Shown here: one piece after another, positions 31,321 to 44,493 of the stretch | Layout: each line of letters opens with the position of its first letter | Numbering within the stretch: the stretch's first letter is position 1 | Assembly: GCA_964016885.1 (NCBI GenBank) | Contig: CAXHJY010000668.1 | Location: 1-53,095 of the forward strand | From: Eledone cirrhosa | Taxonomy: Eukaryota | DNA: 53,095 bases | Reading direction: 5' to 3' | Made by a program: the position numbers and the translations under genes | The notes under the pieces: generated by a model | What the model saw: only the letters and a program-made list of their open reading frames with translations | Told to the model about the DNA's origin: nothing | Database searches by the model: none

Positions 31321-31428
31321 AAGTCGCTGGCTGGACTAAAAAGTCACACTCGTTCAGCGCATCGGTGGGGGTTCTCCTACATGGATTTAAAGTAGTGGCC
31401 GTACTCGAAAACGAGTTGGCAGCCACCA
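31321..31428. mobile_element. Tc1/mariner-like terminal sequence (inverted copy of 34020-34129), truncated at the PLE end
   Basis: ~109-bp inverted match; ends CACCATG followed by TA repeats. Confidence 0.6.
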
Positions 31429-31872
31429 TGTATGTATGTATGTATGTATGTATGTATGTATGTATGTATGTATCCATGGATATACCTGTATATCTCTTCT
31501 GTTTTACTATTTCTCTCCTTTCAATATTTTTTGGCTTTGGCTAAACCGTTGCTCACTCTATATTTGTGCAATATTGCTAAAGCCATAACTTGACTCGACT
31601 TGTTTTGTTATGTCCCAATGTGCACTGGAATTAACGGTATCGACCTTAATGGACCCAACTGTAGTGATTTCCTGAGGTTGATTGAGGAGACTGGACTGTC
31701 CGTCTTTCCGTTGTTTTTTTTCCCACTGTCTTTGTCCTGTCCGGTCCTTATTTGAATATATATATATATATGTGTGTGTGTGCGTGCGCGCGCATATTTT
31801 TGCAAGTATGTAATATGTAAATATCTACCTGTGTACCTGTTCATCGAATCTATACTTTCTATCTATCTATCC

Positions 31873-32930
31873 TCACCGGACAACCGGTGTGGGCCCCGTT
31901 CGTGAGGCGAGCCTTCCCACGACTCGTCTCGCTGACCGAGCTGCAGTCCTGGGTCAAGCAAAGACCGAGGAAAATGGGCGACTGACACATCGAATGTGCT
32001 CAGGCGCTCACAGCCCTTTGGCAGGCGGACCCAGCAATCAGTGGAGACTCCACTTCGTCATTCTATAGAGAGTTGATCCGCAGCAAGTGCGGCGACGCGC
32101 TCGGTGAAACTCTAGGCGTAGAGGAAGATGAACTGGCCAGTCTGTTCGGTAGGACCTTCCGCCCGGGACCGATGGATAACTTCCAAAAATCCCTGGCCTG
32201 GCAGTGCTACCGAGGAGCTCTACCAGTTCGAGACAAGCTCTATAGACATAGGCGCCCGGGCAGGGACCCTGCAAAAAGATCTGTGCGTGCGTAACGAAGA
32301 AACCGTCGCGCACGCATTCATACACTGCCCGGGCGTCACTGACCTGTGGGGCTATGTAGAACGACTATTGTCGCGGGTGGGACCAATCCGGTTGACCACC
32401 GAGTCCATTGTCATGATCAAACCGCCACCCTCCTTCAAAAACGAAGGAGAGGCGGTTTTCCTTTGTGTGATAGCTATGGCGAAAGAGGTTGTATGGTGGA
32501 CAAGGTTGAAAGGGCTGAGGTCAGACACCTTTCTCTCCGGCCAACAACTGATTCTTTTTCTCAAATACCACTTTGGAAGAAGAATCAGGATGGAGAGAGA
32601 GGTGTTGTACCCCAGCAAGTTTTATGAAAGGTGGGTGAAAGTGGCGAGAATGGTCCGAGTGAATGGGCCTTCTCTCTATATCAGCCTGTAGGTTGAGGAA
32701 AAGGAGGAGGAGAGGAAAGGAGTACAAACTCTTCGTACTCCTGGAGATGAGGGTTGCACATTTTTTCGGGGGTATGTGTTACCCATATGAACTGTCTCCC
32801 CCTATTGGGGAAAATCGACTAATTTTAAAAATTGCATTTGTGATAATATTTTACACGTTTTTATTGTATGTAAACTTCCCCCTTTGTATTTGTCCCCTTC
32901 TTTTGTGCCTCTGTGGCTAATAAAGAAACA
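31873..32930 (+). mobile_element. L1/Tx1-clade LINE 3' fragment
   Basis: ALPVRDKLYRH and C..EETVAHAFIHC zinc-knuckle; AATAAA; (TCTA)n on both sides. Confidence 0.82.
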
Positions 32931-33737
32931 TATCTATCTATCTATGTATCTGTCTATCTTTCTATCTACCTACCTGTTTATCTAGATAGATAAACCGGCA
33001 GGTATATCTGTGCTTGTGTGTGTGTTTTGCATGTGTTTTATACGTGTAAGTGATTGTTTATACACACACACGCACACACACACACATATATATGTATGTA
33101 TATATATATATATATATAAAATTAGAATTTTATTTCTCACCCTAGTATACTTACATAAATATCTATCTATATGTGAATACACACACACACACACACACAC
33201 ATTGATGTGCATTCTGATATCCATTCCCATTTACACAACACACTGGGAGGTTATTTAACAACTGCTTGCTGACAACCAGAAGCGAAAATGAAATAATATA
33301 AAATAAAATCTAGAAAAAGTAAGAAACTGCAAAAAAGAATATATCACAGAAGGAGAATAGAAAATATATCGATTTTTCACATATATTTTATTTAGACTGT
33401 GTTAGTAGCTAGAATTTATAAGCACATTTTACACAACAAAAACAGACGATATTTTTTGTCGTTCACCAACACCGATATCAGTCGCTTACAAGCAATAATA
33501 ATGTTGAAAAGATCATAAGAGTTTGAAGAGGTGAAAAGTTCATTGGAAGTTAATGGAATATAAACCACAAGACACGATGCAAATGATGATGAACATGATC
33601 ATGGTAATGACGTGCGCCATATATATACATATACGTATACACACGCACGCACATACACACACGTACATATATATGTATATACATATATATACTACACCAC
33701 ACAAGTATGTGAGTAATTATGGTGCACACGTAGACAG

Positions 33738-33779
<42 letters not shown>

Positions 33780-33788
33780 TATATACAT

Positions 33789-33887
<99 letters not shown>

Positions 33888-34019
33888 GTGTGTGTGTGTC
33901 TCTGTGTGTATGAGTGTATGTACAGAATAGGTGTGAGATTGATAGATGTGTAGATTGATAGATAGATAATGTGCATACACATGCATACATACATATATAC
34001 ATACATACATATATACACA

Positions 34020-34580
34020 CATGGTGGCTGCCAACTCGTTTTCGAGTACGGCCACTACTTTATATCCATGTAGGAGAACCCTTACCGATGCGTTGAACGA
34101 GTGTGACTTTTTAGTCCAGCCAACGACTTGAAAACTCTGGTACAAACACTACATGTGTGACAATTATTGACACATAGTGCTGGGCCCATGGTACCATGTG
34201 ACGACAAGTGCAGAGAGATCTCCAGATATAAAGCAATGCCTGTGCCGTGAAGCTTTTATAGTGAGCAAAGGCACTGCACAAAGCCAGTCCCACTCTCTTA
34301 ACCAAGATGATATTTACCAAAAAGAAGAACAAGTCAACATCATTGGATACTACCAGAGTTGCAGGTGTTATATCAGAGTTTTCCTTCTCCTAGAATTCTG
34401 CCTTGACAAAGTGTAAGGGGTCATCTCTCCCCGGTGATTTTGGATGGCCATTGACTCTTAAGAGCTCCTTTGCCCTTTGACAGGTTTTGTTTTTAGTCCT
34501 GCAGGATGTCCAAAGTCACCCTCCTCACCAAGAAACCTTGGTGGGGTTGCCAGTTTAGTCGCCAAGACCCGACCATGAGA
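34020..34580 (+). mobile_element. Degraded Tc1/mariner-like element (left end + transposase N-terminal remnant)
   Basis: Starts CATGGTGGCTGCCAACTC after a microsatellite; EEQVNIIGYY resembles a mariner-type HTH start. Confidence 0.45.
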
Positions 34581-34904
34581 CATATGCATACATACTCACA
34601 TACACATGCATACATTGATTTTAACGTTCCACCTGTGCGTAACGTGTGTGTTATATCGTATTTGTTAAAGACAGGCTCTGATATTGGTAAGACAGCAAAC
34701 TCAGTTTGTGGACATTGTATGTCATATTTCCACCATTGGCATTGCCCTGCGGTTACACAACAACCAGGATCATGCACGGGTATACACAGACGCTGACACA
34801 CAGACACATCACTCACCCACACATACATACACAGATATACGCATATGTACACATACACAAACTACACTCATACTGGCCATTATCATTAACTTCCTTATTA
34901 ATGA

Positions 34905-35105
34905 TTTCTACTATAGGCACAAGGCCAGCAATTTGGGTAGAGGGGAAAAGTCAATTAAATCGACCCCGGTACATTACTGATGCTTTATTTTATCGAACTC
35001 GTAAGGATGAAAAGCAAAGCTAACCTCGGTGGTATTTGAACTCAGAACGTAAAGGGCTGTAACTCTATGCAGTCAAACAGGTTGTCCGGCGCTCTACCGA
35101 TACGG
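34905..35105 (-). mobile_element. tRNA-derived SINE
   Basis: Family match (GAGTTCAAATACCACCGAGGTTAGCTTTGC on minus). Confidence 0.78.
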
Positions 35106-35936
35106 GGTTGACTGATTTGGTAGAGTGTCAGGCAAGATAACACACGTCTATGACCAATAGAACAGTTTGAGCCGCGAAGTTTACGTTTGCAAACCAATTC
35201 ATATACTCTTAATAACTTGACCGAAGGTTCACATACTTTTGGTTTGTTATTGATAAGCATGTTTTTAATTATAACCTTTGTGTAGTATATGTAGAAGTCA
35301 TAGTTTCTACCTGCTCTCAGATCCCAAATAATAGGGGGAGAAGTTGAGGTGGAATAAGCGGGAGTAGGGGGTGGAAAATCGGTTATTTATTTTTGTCTCC
35401 GTTTAATTAAATAAAAAAACAGAATTAGTCGTTTAGTTTAAATATTGAGACCCCAAATCTACCCTGTTTATTTTATAACGTATGAGATTTCTATTAATGT
35501 ATTTTATTTGTCATATAATGGTTTTTAATGTACAAAGAAAATTAATTGTTGCAGGAATGTTACCACTTAAAATAACATTTCGGCCGGAGATAGATTAGCA
35601 AAATTTAATAAGCGCGATGGGGTGAGAGCGATTATTCCACACCCGAGAGTAGAATTTCACGGTCGAGTTGATTTATGTGACCACAACAGAAAACAAAGTG
35701 GGGTACATGATATACACCAGATATGTTGTCGATATACTCATCGTAATGGATACACTAGATGTCAGGAAATTAAAGGAAGACCTAGAAACAATCTGTCCTA
35801 TAATTCTACAACCAGAACAGTACAAATAAAACCCATGGTAATACAATTATTCCACTTCTAGACAAACCTTTAAATAGAAAATAACAGATATATCAAGCCC
35901 GATTGCACCAACGGCACAAATAAACTCATATACCTG

Positions 35937-36131
35937 CAGACCTGTCAACTTTCCTCGTCCGACGGGGAGATCTCCCATCCACTTTGGGGTGGACGAGAGA
36001 TGTCGTCTCTTGTAAAAATGGGTATAGCTTTCATTATGTAAATCTCCCCATTTTGCCTCATTTCTCCCCGTTTTGGAGCACTTTATTTTCATGGTACTCC
36101 CCGTTTGGGCTTTTAGAGGATGGCAGGTCTG
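35937..36131. mobile_element. Possible hAT-like MITE
   Basis: Ends CAGACCTGTCAAC / GATGGCAGGTCTG; no convincing TSD. Confidence 0.4.
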
Positions 36132-37102
36132 TACTTACACGGAGACAGTGAATGCCCACACAGATATAAATTATAGGTGGCAAATTCCTCACATAAAGGC
36201 GCAAGTAGATTCTCTCTCACAAACAAAGCACTAGACTAGAATAAAATAAAGATTAATCAACAGCGGATATTTTAATAAACTAATAGACCAAAGCATAGAA
36301 CAATACAAATACAAAACAACACAGCATATATGTAATACATCACACAAATATGTTATATACCAAGTATAAATTGTATTATATGAATTAAATTCATACTAGC
36401 TATAGAAAAGATGAATATATTATTAAAAATCATGAATTAAAAAGATGAATATATTATTAAAAAAATCAATTTGCATTATATCAAACTGTAAGCTAACACT
36501 AATAATATACTCAAAACCCCTAAATTCATCCGGAAGAGGAGTCTATAAAGCAGTGATGACGCCAACGTTATGTACTAGCTCGAGCCAGGTTCGGCCAATA
36601 AACAACAAGGATGTGTAATGTTTTTATATAAGTGATATGAATTTTTATATAATGAATCAAAGTCACTTTTCAATGTAATTGCAAATGACAGCATAAAAAA
36701 AAATGAGACATGGAATTTGATGCAGTAACACACTACATAATAGGAAATCTCATTTTTTTTGCTGCGATTCGAATGGCGATGTCTTCAAGAATCAATTATT
36801 CTGCATGTCGTCTAGTCATGGAAATTATACCTAAATTTTTCAGTTAGTTGTCAGCAAGGAAATTTCTCAGAAACGTCTTTATTATCTACAGCTTGGAAAC
36901 ACTATTCATCATCAGTACTTTTTATAGGCAAATCGAAGTAGTTAGAATAGTTCAAATAAGTCATATCTGTGAGGATGCAATGGCTCAAGTAATACGGTCG
37001 ATGAGGAAAGAATGCACAACTTTCGCTCGATAAGATGGTATTACCTTACATTCAGGCTGTCCATCTTCAGTCGATGTGTCACCACCATGGCTTTATAACT
37101 AA

Positions 37103-38868
37103 CTAGCAGTGGTACCCGGCGTTGCACGGGATAAGGTATTTTGGAACGCGGGCCGTCAACAGACCTAATCATGGAAAAACTGCATGCCTGGACAATATGT
37201 AAAGAAAATAAACCGAATACTCTGATGGCTGGATAATCTTTAAGATTTTACTCGATGAAGCAGGAAAAATGCAGGTTTTCACCTAATGTGGGCCCTAGGG
37301 GATCAAGAAAATGAATTTTTTTTATGTGCATAATATGCCTTGAAATTTTGGGAAAATCGGCTAGACGTAACGCCTCAAAAAAGCCCTAAAAAGCTGAAAA
37401 AATGAAGTTTTCCCCCTAATGTGGGCCCTAGGCCATATAAAAGTTGGATTTTCTTTGCTCACGGTATAAGGAAGAGACTGACTAATACATAGTTACAATT
37501 TCAAGGAAATCGGTCTGACGTAACACCTCAAAAAAACCCTAAAAACCTGAAAAAAACGCAGTTTTTCACCTAATGCGGGCTCTAGGGAATCAAAAAGTTG
37601 AATTTATGTGCATAACACTCCCTGAAACATAAGTAATACACATGTAAAGTTTGAAAAAAGTCGGTTGGGTATTTCTCGAGTTTTAGGGATCCACACACAC
37701 ATACACACACACAGAAATCCTCAGGGAAGTAACATAATGCAGACAGCCAGACATACAGACAGATATTATAAGGGCGCGACGTTATATGTATGTATCTATA
37801 TAAAAAGAGAAAGACTAAGAATTATAGAGAGATCGCTAAATCGCCTAATGCGGTCCCAAGGCATTGAAAATTTGAAATTCTTTTTGCTCAGAACACTCCC
37901 TGAAACATAAGTATTACATGTGTAAAGTTTGAAAACAGTCGATTGGGTGTTTCTCGAGTTTTAGGGATTCAAACTCACACACACACACAGACAGACATCC
38001 TCAGTTTTATATATATAGACTAGCAGAAAACCACCTGGTGGGCGGTTTTCTGCTAGCAAATCTAGTGTATATACTGATATTGTTGAGATTTGGATGAGAA
38101 ATGTTTTCGGCACCACATGTTCACCGTCTCTCGGTGTGTCTTTTATGCATGTATAAATATATAGGTTATCTATACGGTGAAATCTTTGAAATAAATAACT
38201 GGCGGTTAGAAAAAAATATTCCTATGAAATTTTAATCATACCATTAGGTGTGAATAAGGAAATATTTTTTTATTGTCAAAACAAATGTTCAAAAGTTAAA
38301 CTTCAATTTTTTGGATTATTTCCAATTTTTTCATGAAATTGAACACTGGACATTGGCTGCTGGAAATGGAAATTAAATCGTATTTAAATTTCTAACCTTA
38401 TTTTATTATTTATATTTTTTCAATAAGAAATAAAAAAATAAAAAAATTGAAGAAAAAATTGAACAAATCAAACGTAGGTTATGGAACTGCGCAATCTGAT
38501 TAATAAATTACCTCATCAGCAGCAACCTTCTTCAAATGGTCCTTATTATCAGCAGCAACAACCACAAATTCAATGGCAACCTTTTTCGCATGGTGTCAAG
38601 TCAGAACCGCCTCGAACTGGTTACTTCTGGCTTGTGCAAGGTGTCTCTATAGCAACCAGCGATTCCCTCGGCCTCAGTGACCAAAGTCAGTGGAGAGGGG
38701 AGGGTAATATTTCTATAGCACGTGTTTTAGCGTCTATTCACTCTCTCTCTCTCTCGCTATCCCCTCTCGTAGTCTGTCTCTTTCTTTCATTCTCACTCTC
38801 TCTCTACGCACGTGTTTCCACTGTCGGACAGACAGACAGAGAAATTGCTGGTTATATATATAAGTAGA
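37103..38868 (-). mobile_element. Two non-autonomous Helitron-like elements joined head-to-tail
   Basis: Minus strand A|TC start at 38868; CTAG|TC junction at 38020/38019; terminal hairpin CCCGTGCAACGCCGGG then CTAG|T at 37103; internal direct repeats. Confidence 0.68.
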
Positions 38869-38871
38869 TAA

Positions 38872-39078
38872 TTGTTTCTGATTTAGGCACAAGGCGAACA
38901 AATTTTAAGGGAGGGGAAAATCGATTAAATCGCACCCAGTACGTTAGTGGTACTTTGTGTTATCGACCCCGTAAGGATGAAAGGCAAAGTTGACCTCGGT
39001 GGGATTTGAACTTAGAACGCAAAGGGCCGTAACTCTGTGCCACGAAGCATGTTGTCCAACGCTCTACCGATACTGCTA
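38872..39078 (-). mobile_element. tRNA-derived SINE
   Basis: Family match. Confidence 0.78.
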
Positions 39079-39522
39079 GGGATTAAGATGTAAAAGTAAA
39101 TGGCGTCGGTGCTCGGAGTAAATCAGTGAAAGGATGTCCACTACTTGTTGGCCAGCTTCCAACGACCTTACTGACCGCCAAGTTCGCCAAATATTGTGGC
39201 ATTTTATCTCAATGTTTTGACTCCACGAAAATCTGTTGGTTGTTCTTAATATAGTGGCTTGTAACCTAATCGTATGCCATATAACTTTATTGTCCAGTAT
39301 GTTTTGCTTAATATCAAGATACTCAATATAAATCGATATCAATTTGTAAGCTGCATTCATATCAAGTGAAGAAGACTAGCATCATAGCTAGAGGCTTGAT
39401 TTGCAGCAGAACATATTCAAAGCAGGAGTCAACACAAAGGATCTGACAAAAATGATAGAAGCGACATCTATAAGAAAATATAAAAGAAACATATATACAT
39501 ATATGTACATACATATGCATAT

Positions 39523-39633
<111 letters not shown>

Positions 39634-39807
39634 AAGGTATGTGTGTCTGTCTGCATGAGGAATTGCTACAAATAATTCGACTGGTGTTGCCTTATTGCAG
39701 CTACAACTTCGATGTAAAACTCAAAATAATATATGTATATATATATATATAAATTAATAAAAACAATGAATAAAAACAAAGAACAAGTTGCTTATATTAA
39801 AAAATTT

Positions 39808-39939
39808 ATCATTTTACGATCGTTTCTAGGATATATATGTGTGTTGGTATGTATATCATATAGATATATGTAAACATTTTTCAAACTATCAGAGGAAATA
39901 TACATACCTTCACATATATATGCTGTCTTCAGAAATGAT
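39808..39939 (-). ncRNA. Hammerhead ribozyme with ~100-nt stem II
   Basis: ATCATTT-CTGAAGA-[long hairpin]-GAAA-CGATCG-TA-AAATGAT. Confidence 0.75.
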
Positions 39940-42453
39940 GAGATTTGTTTATTGAAAAAAACCAACAAAGATTTAATATAATAGATCTGTTTGGGAACAG
40001 GTTTTGAATTGACCAATAGAAAAGTAGTAAGAGGTCAAGTTGATAGAATAGTAGTAGTAGAAATTTAATTTAGGGGTAGAGGAATGCAGACTTAAGTTTT
40101 GAATGGAAAGAATACTTTGAATTAAAAGAACACTTTGGGGATGAAAAGAGGTCAAGCCGGTGAAAGGTACACGAACATTTGATGCTATTAAAGAATAATG
40201 TTAATGTTAAAACCGAAGCAGAATAACATTTTAGGGTAAAGGTGTTAGTGAGAAATACCAATCTTATTTAAAACACAAGGAATTTAGATATATAACAAGA
40301 AATTAAATTAATTGATAGGTATACTTATAGGGATAAATTTATATTAATTCATATGGATGTGATAAATAAGATTTAGATGTTATTAAAGAATGTTGTTAAA
40401 AACGAAGGAAAATAAAATTTTGGGATAAATGTAGTAGTGAGAAATACCAATCTTATATAGACTACAAGGAATCTAAATTCATAACAGGAAATTAAATTAA
40501 TTTATATGTATACTTTTAGGTATTAATTTTAGGAAAATAGAGCTGTAAGAGGGAAATAAAATAATTATGAAGTTCTCTGTAGTAAAGTACTAATTATATG
40601 TTAACTAAATTTAAAAAATTAATTATAATAATATGTAAAATATAAGTGTAAGGTGTATATTAATTAGGTTTATAATATTTGAAAGTTCTTCTAATTCTAT
40701 GATTGCAAGATATAATTAATTCTTGTCGCTTATTTAATAGGATATCCTTAGATTTCATTATTTCAAAAAGTTCCTGGGAGCATAATCTATACTCATATCT
40801 GTTATTTTGATAAGAGGTGGCCCTTTTGAGCACACTCCAGGTCAAGTTGTAATCGATATTCTTTTTTCTATAATTATTAATTGTTTCAGCCAATGATGTT
40901 GTATTAGCTAATGCGACATTTTTAAAACTATGTTTGTGGGTATTAAAACTTACTTTAAATTGGTTAGATGTAGTTCCTATATATGAATAAGTTGAGCCCT
41001 TAGTGCTAATTTTACATTTATATACTACGTTATTAATAAGACAGTTTCCCTTTAATGAGCAATTTCTTTTGTTTCTACAGTTACAACCATTCGTGAATAT
41101 TATATCAGGGGAGTTAGTCAAATTTGGTGTGGAATTTACTCGACTTGTTATATGTGAAGGAGATGGTGGTTTGTTGCGATTTATTTTAGTATTATGGTTG
41201 GTTTGATGTGTTGGTGGTATATTCGTGGTTTTTTACATTTATATGCATTGTACGCACTTATATTTTGTTGTATATTTTTGGAACTGGAGTAGGAAAATTT
41301 GACAGTTGATCTATTTAAAATTTGATGGTATTTATGGTTTGGCGGGAAGTTTTTCTCCAGGATAGTAAACATTTTTTAGGGATATTATCTTTAATTTGTA
41401 GATTAAATCCATTTAATCTACAAATTAAAGATAGTATCCCTACATCTAACCAATTTAAAGTAAGATTTAATACCCACAAACATAGTTTTAAAAATGCCGC
41501 ATTAGCTAATACAACATCATTGGCTGAAACAATTAATCATTATAGAAAAAAGAATAACGATTACAACCAGACCTGAGTGTGCTCAAAAGGGCCACCCCTT
41601 ATCAAAATAACAGATATGAGTGTAGATTATGCTCCCAGGAACTTTTTGAAATAATGAAATCTAAGGATATCCTATTAAATAAGCGACAAGAATTAATTAT
41701 ATCTTGTAATCACAGAATTAGAAGAAAGTTTCAAATATTATAAACCTAATTAATATACACCTTACACTTATATTTTACATATTATTATAATTAATTTTTT
41801 AAATTTAGTTAACATATAATTAGTACTTTACTACAGAGAACTTCATAATTATTTTATTTCCCTCTTACAGCTCTATTTTCCTAAAATTAATACCTAAAAG
41901 TATACATATAAATTAATTTAATTTCCTGTTATGAATCTAGATTCCTTGTAGTCTATATAAGTTTGTTATTTCTCACTAATACATTTATCCCCAAATTCTA
42001 TTTTCCTTCGTTTTTAACAACATTCTTTAATAACATCTAATTCTTATTTATCACATCCATATGAATTAATATAAATTTATCCCTATAAGTATACCTATCA
42101 ATTAATTTAATTTCTTGTTATAGATCTAAATTCCTTGTGTTTTAAATAAGATTGGTATTTCTCACTAACACCTTTACCCTAAAATGTTATTCTGCTTCGG
42201 TTTTAACATTAACATTATTCTTTAATAGCATAAAATTTTCGTGTACCTTTCACCGGCTTGACCTCTTTTCATCCCCAAAGTATTCTTTCCATTCAAAACT
42301 TAAGTCTGCATTCCTCTATCCCTAAATTAAATTTCTACTACTACTATTCTATCAATTTGACCTCTTACTACTTTTCTATTGGTCAATTCAAAACCTGTTC
42401 CCAAACATACCTATTATATTAAATCTTTGTTGGTTTTTTTCGATAAACAAATC

Positions 42454-42589
42454 TCATCATTTCTGAAGGCAGCATATATATGTGAAGGTATGTATATTTC
42501 CTCTGATAGTTTGTAAAATGTTTACATATATCTATATGATATACATACCAACACACATATATATCCTAGAAACGATCGTAAAATGATGA
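42454..42589 (+). ncRNA. Hammerhead ribozyme, inverted partner copy (A9G)
   Basis: TCATCATTT-CTGAAGG-...-GAAA-CGATCG-TA-AAATGATGA. Confidence 0.65.
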
Positions 42590-42792
42590 ATCTTTTAATA
42601 TAAGAAACTTGTTCTTTGTTTTTATTCATTGTTTTTATTAATTTATCTTCACTCCGTTTTCCTGTGATTTTCATCGAAAATTTTTGAATGCATCTTCTCT
42701 TTTCATGATATTTGGATTACATTGAGTTCTTCATACGGATTGGACACTACCGTATAATTTGGTAGTTTTATCTACACACACACACACACACA

Positions 42793-42833
<41 letters not shown>

Positions 42834-42849
42834 CATGACATATATAATG

Positions 42850-42883
<34 letters not shown>

Positions 42884-42889
42884 CATGAC

Positions 42890-42933
<44 letters not shown>

Positions 42934-42939
42934 CATGAC

Positions 42940-43016
<77 letters not shown>

Positions 43017-43318
43017 ATAATAATAAATTTGAAGACTAAAATCCAAAGAGGGCTCGATAAGGATAAATATATATCAAATATATAAGAACGTCTCCACGAA
43101 CCAAAATATCATCTTCCTGTCTACTTTCGGTTGCAACCATTTTTGAAATATTTACTTCTGCGTTTACAGATTGATTTTTTTTAGTTTCAGAAGATCCCGT
43201 TAAGGGTGAAAGCACCGCTTCTTTGCTTAAACTTTAACCTGTTATTTTAATATATATATATTAAAGTTTTTTTATAAAATGAAAAAAAAACCGAGGTGTT
43301 CTACACGAGTGAAAGTAG

Positions 43319-43592
43319 AAGGAAAAAAGATGAAATCGAAAATGCAACTGGAGTCTCTTTTTTTTAAAATATATTTATTTGGTTCCTTTGCCGGTTTCGC
43401 AGTTCTTGTGTTTTTCAAAAGTAGAATTGAGATGGAGGTTTTGGGGTTTTTCTCACATCTGTGAGAACCACAAACCCTCCATCTCAATTCTACTTTTGAA
43501 AAGCACAAGAACTGCGAAATCGGTAAAAGAACCAAATAAATATATATTTAAAAAAAAAAGACTCCAGTTGCATTTTCGATTTCATCTTTTTT

Positions 43593-43596
<4 letters not shown>
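43319..43596. repeat. 278-bp palindrome with hammerhead-like motifs
   Basis: Arms pair around 43458-43459; TA array on the right. Confidence 0.85.
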
Positions 43597-43652
<56 letters not shown>

Positions 43653-43843
43653 GTCGTTCCTGCTTCTCATTATTATCACTATTAACAGTGTGCGCCGTAA
43701 GGATACTGACTGAAGTGTAACACTAAGCGTTACACACCAATAAACTGCACAAACATATAAATGTTTATATATATATATATACATATATAAGTTTGTTTAT
43801 ATATATATATATATATATATAAGTTTATATATATATATATATA

Positions 43844-43935
<92 letters not shown>

Positions 43936-44088
43936 TTTATATATATATATATATATAAACATATATGTATAAATATATATGTATAAATATAAATAGATAT
44001 CGCTCTCTAAATGTATGCACTTTGATTAGAATGCTGTTGAAGTGTGTATACATTTTTGGGGACACTCTGTATATGTATACACACACAT

Positions 44089-44173
<85 letters not shown>

Positions 44174-44178
44174 CATAA

Positions 44179-44209
<31 letters not shown>

Positions 44210-44456
44210 CATATGTATATGTATATAATATGTGTGTGTGTGTACATATACAGAGTGTCCCCAAAAATGTATATATATATGTTTACGCACACACACACAT
44301 ATATATATATACACACACACATATATACACACACACACACACACATATATATATACACACACACACACATATATATATACACACACACATATATATATAT
44401 ACACACATATATATATACACACACACACACACACATATATATATACACACACACAC

Positions 44457-44493
<37 letters not shown>

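Larger units (their letters stand above)
24920..31322 (-). mobile_element. Penelope-like retroelement (RT + C-terminal GIY-YIG) with 1.33-kb tandem pseudo-LTRs
   Basis: 24920-26251 repeated at 29993-31322 (offset ~5073); ORF between; hammerhead in each pLTR; TA-repeat flank. Confidence 0.92.
39749..42645. mobile_element. Head-to-head inverted pair of 5'-truncated PLE copies (linker, GIY-YIG, 3' UTR)
   Basis: 39749-40973 inverted to 41440-42645; CNCRNKRNC..NVVY..YIG ORF 40660-41121; LEKNFPP..TVKFSYS 41181-41372. Confidence 0.9.

Noticed and set aside
39749-42645. ADAR A-to-G signature between inverted arms
   Set aside because: The differences I sampled are mixed substitutions, not A-to-G biased; only a full alignment could revive the idea
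43185-43225. CAGAAGA-TCCC..GGG-T-GAAA-GC..GC motif
   Set aside because: Core mismatch and no stem I
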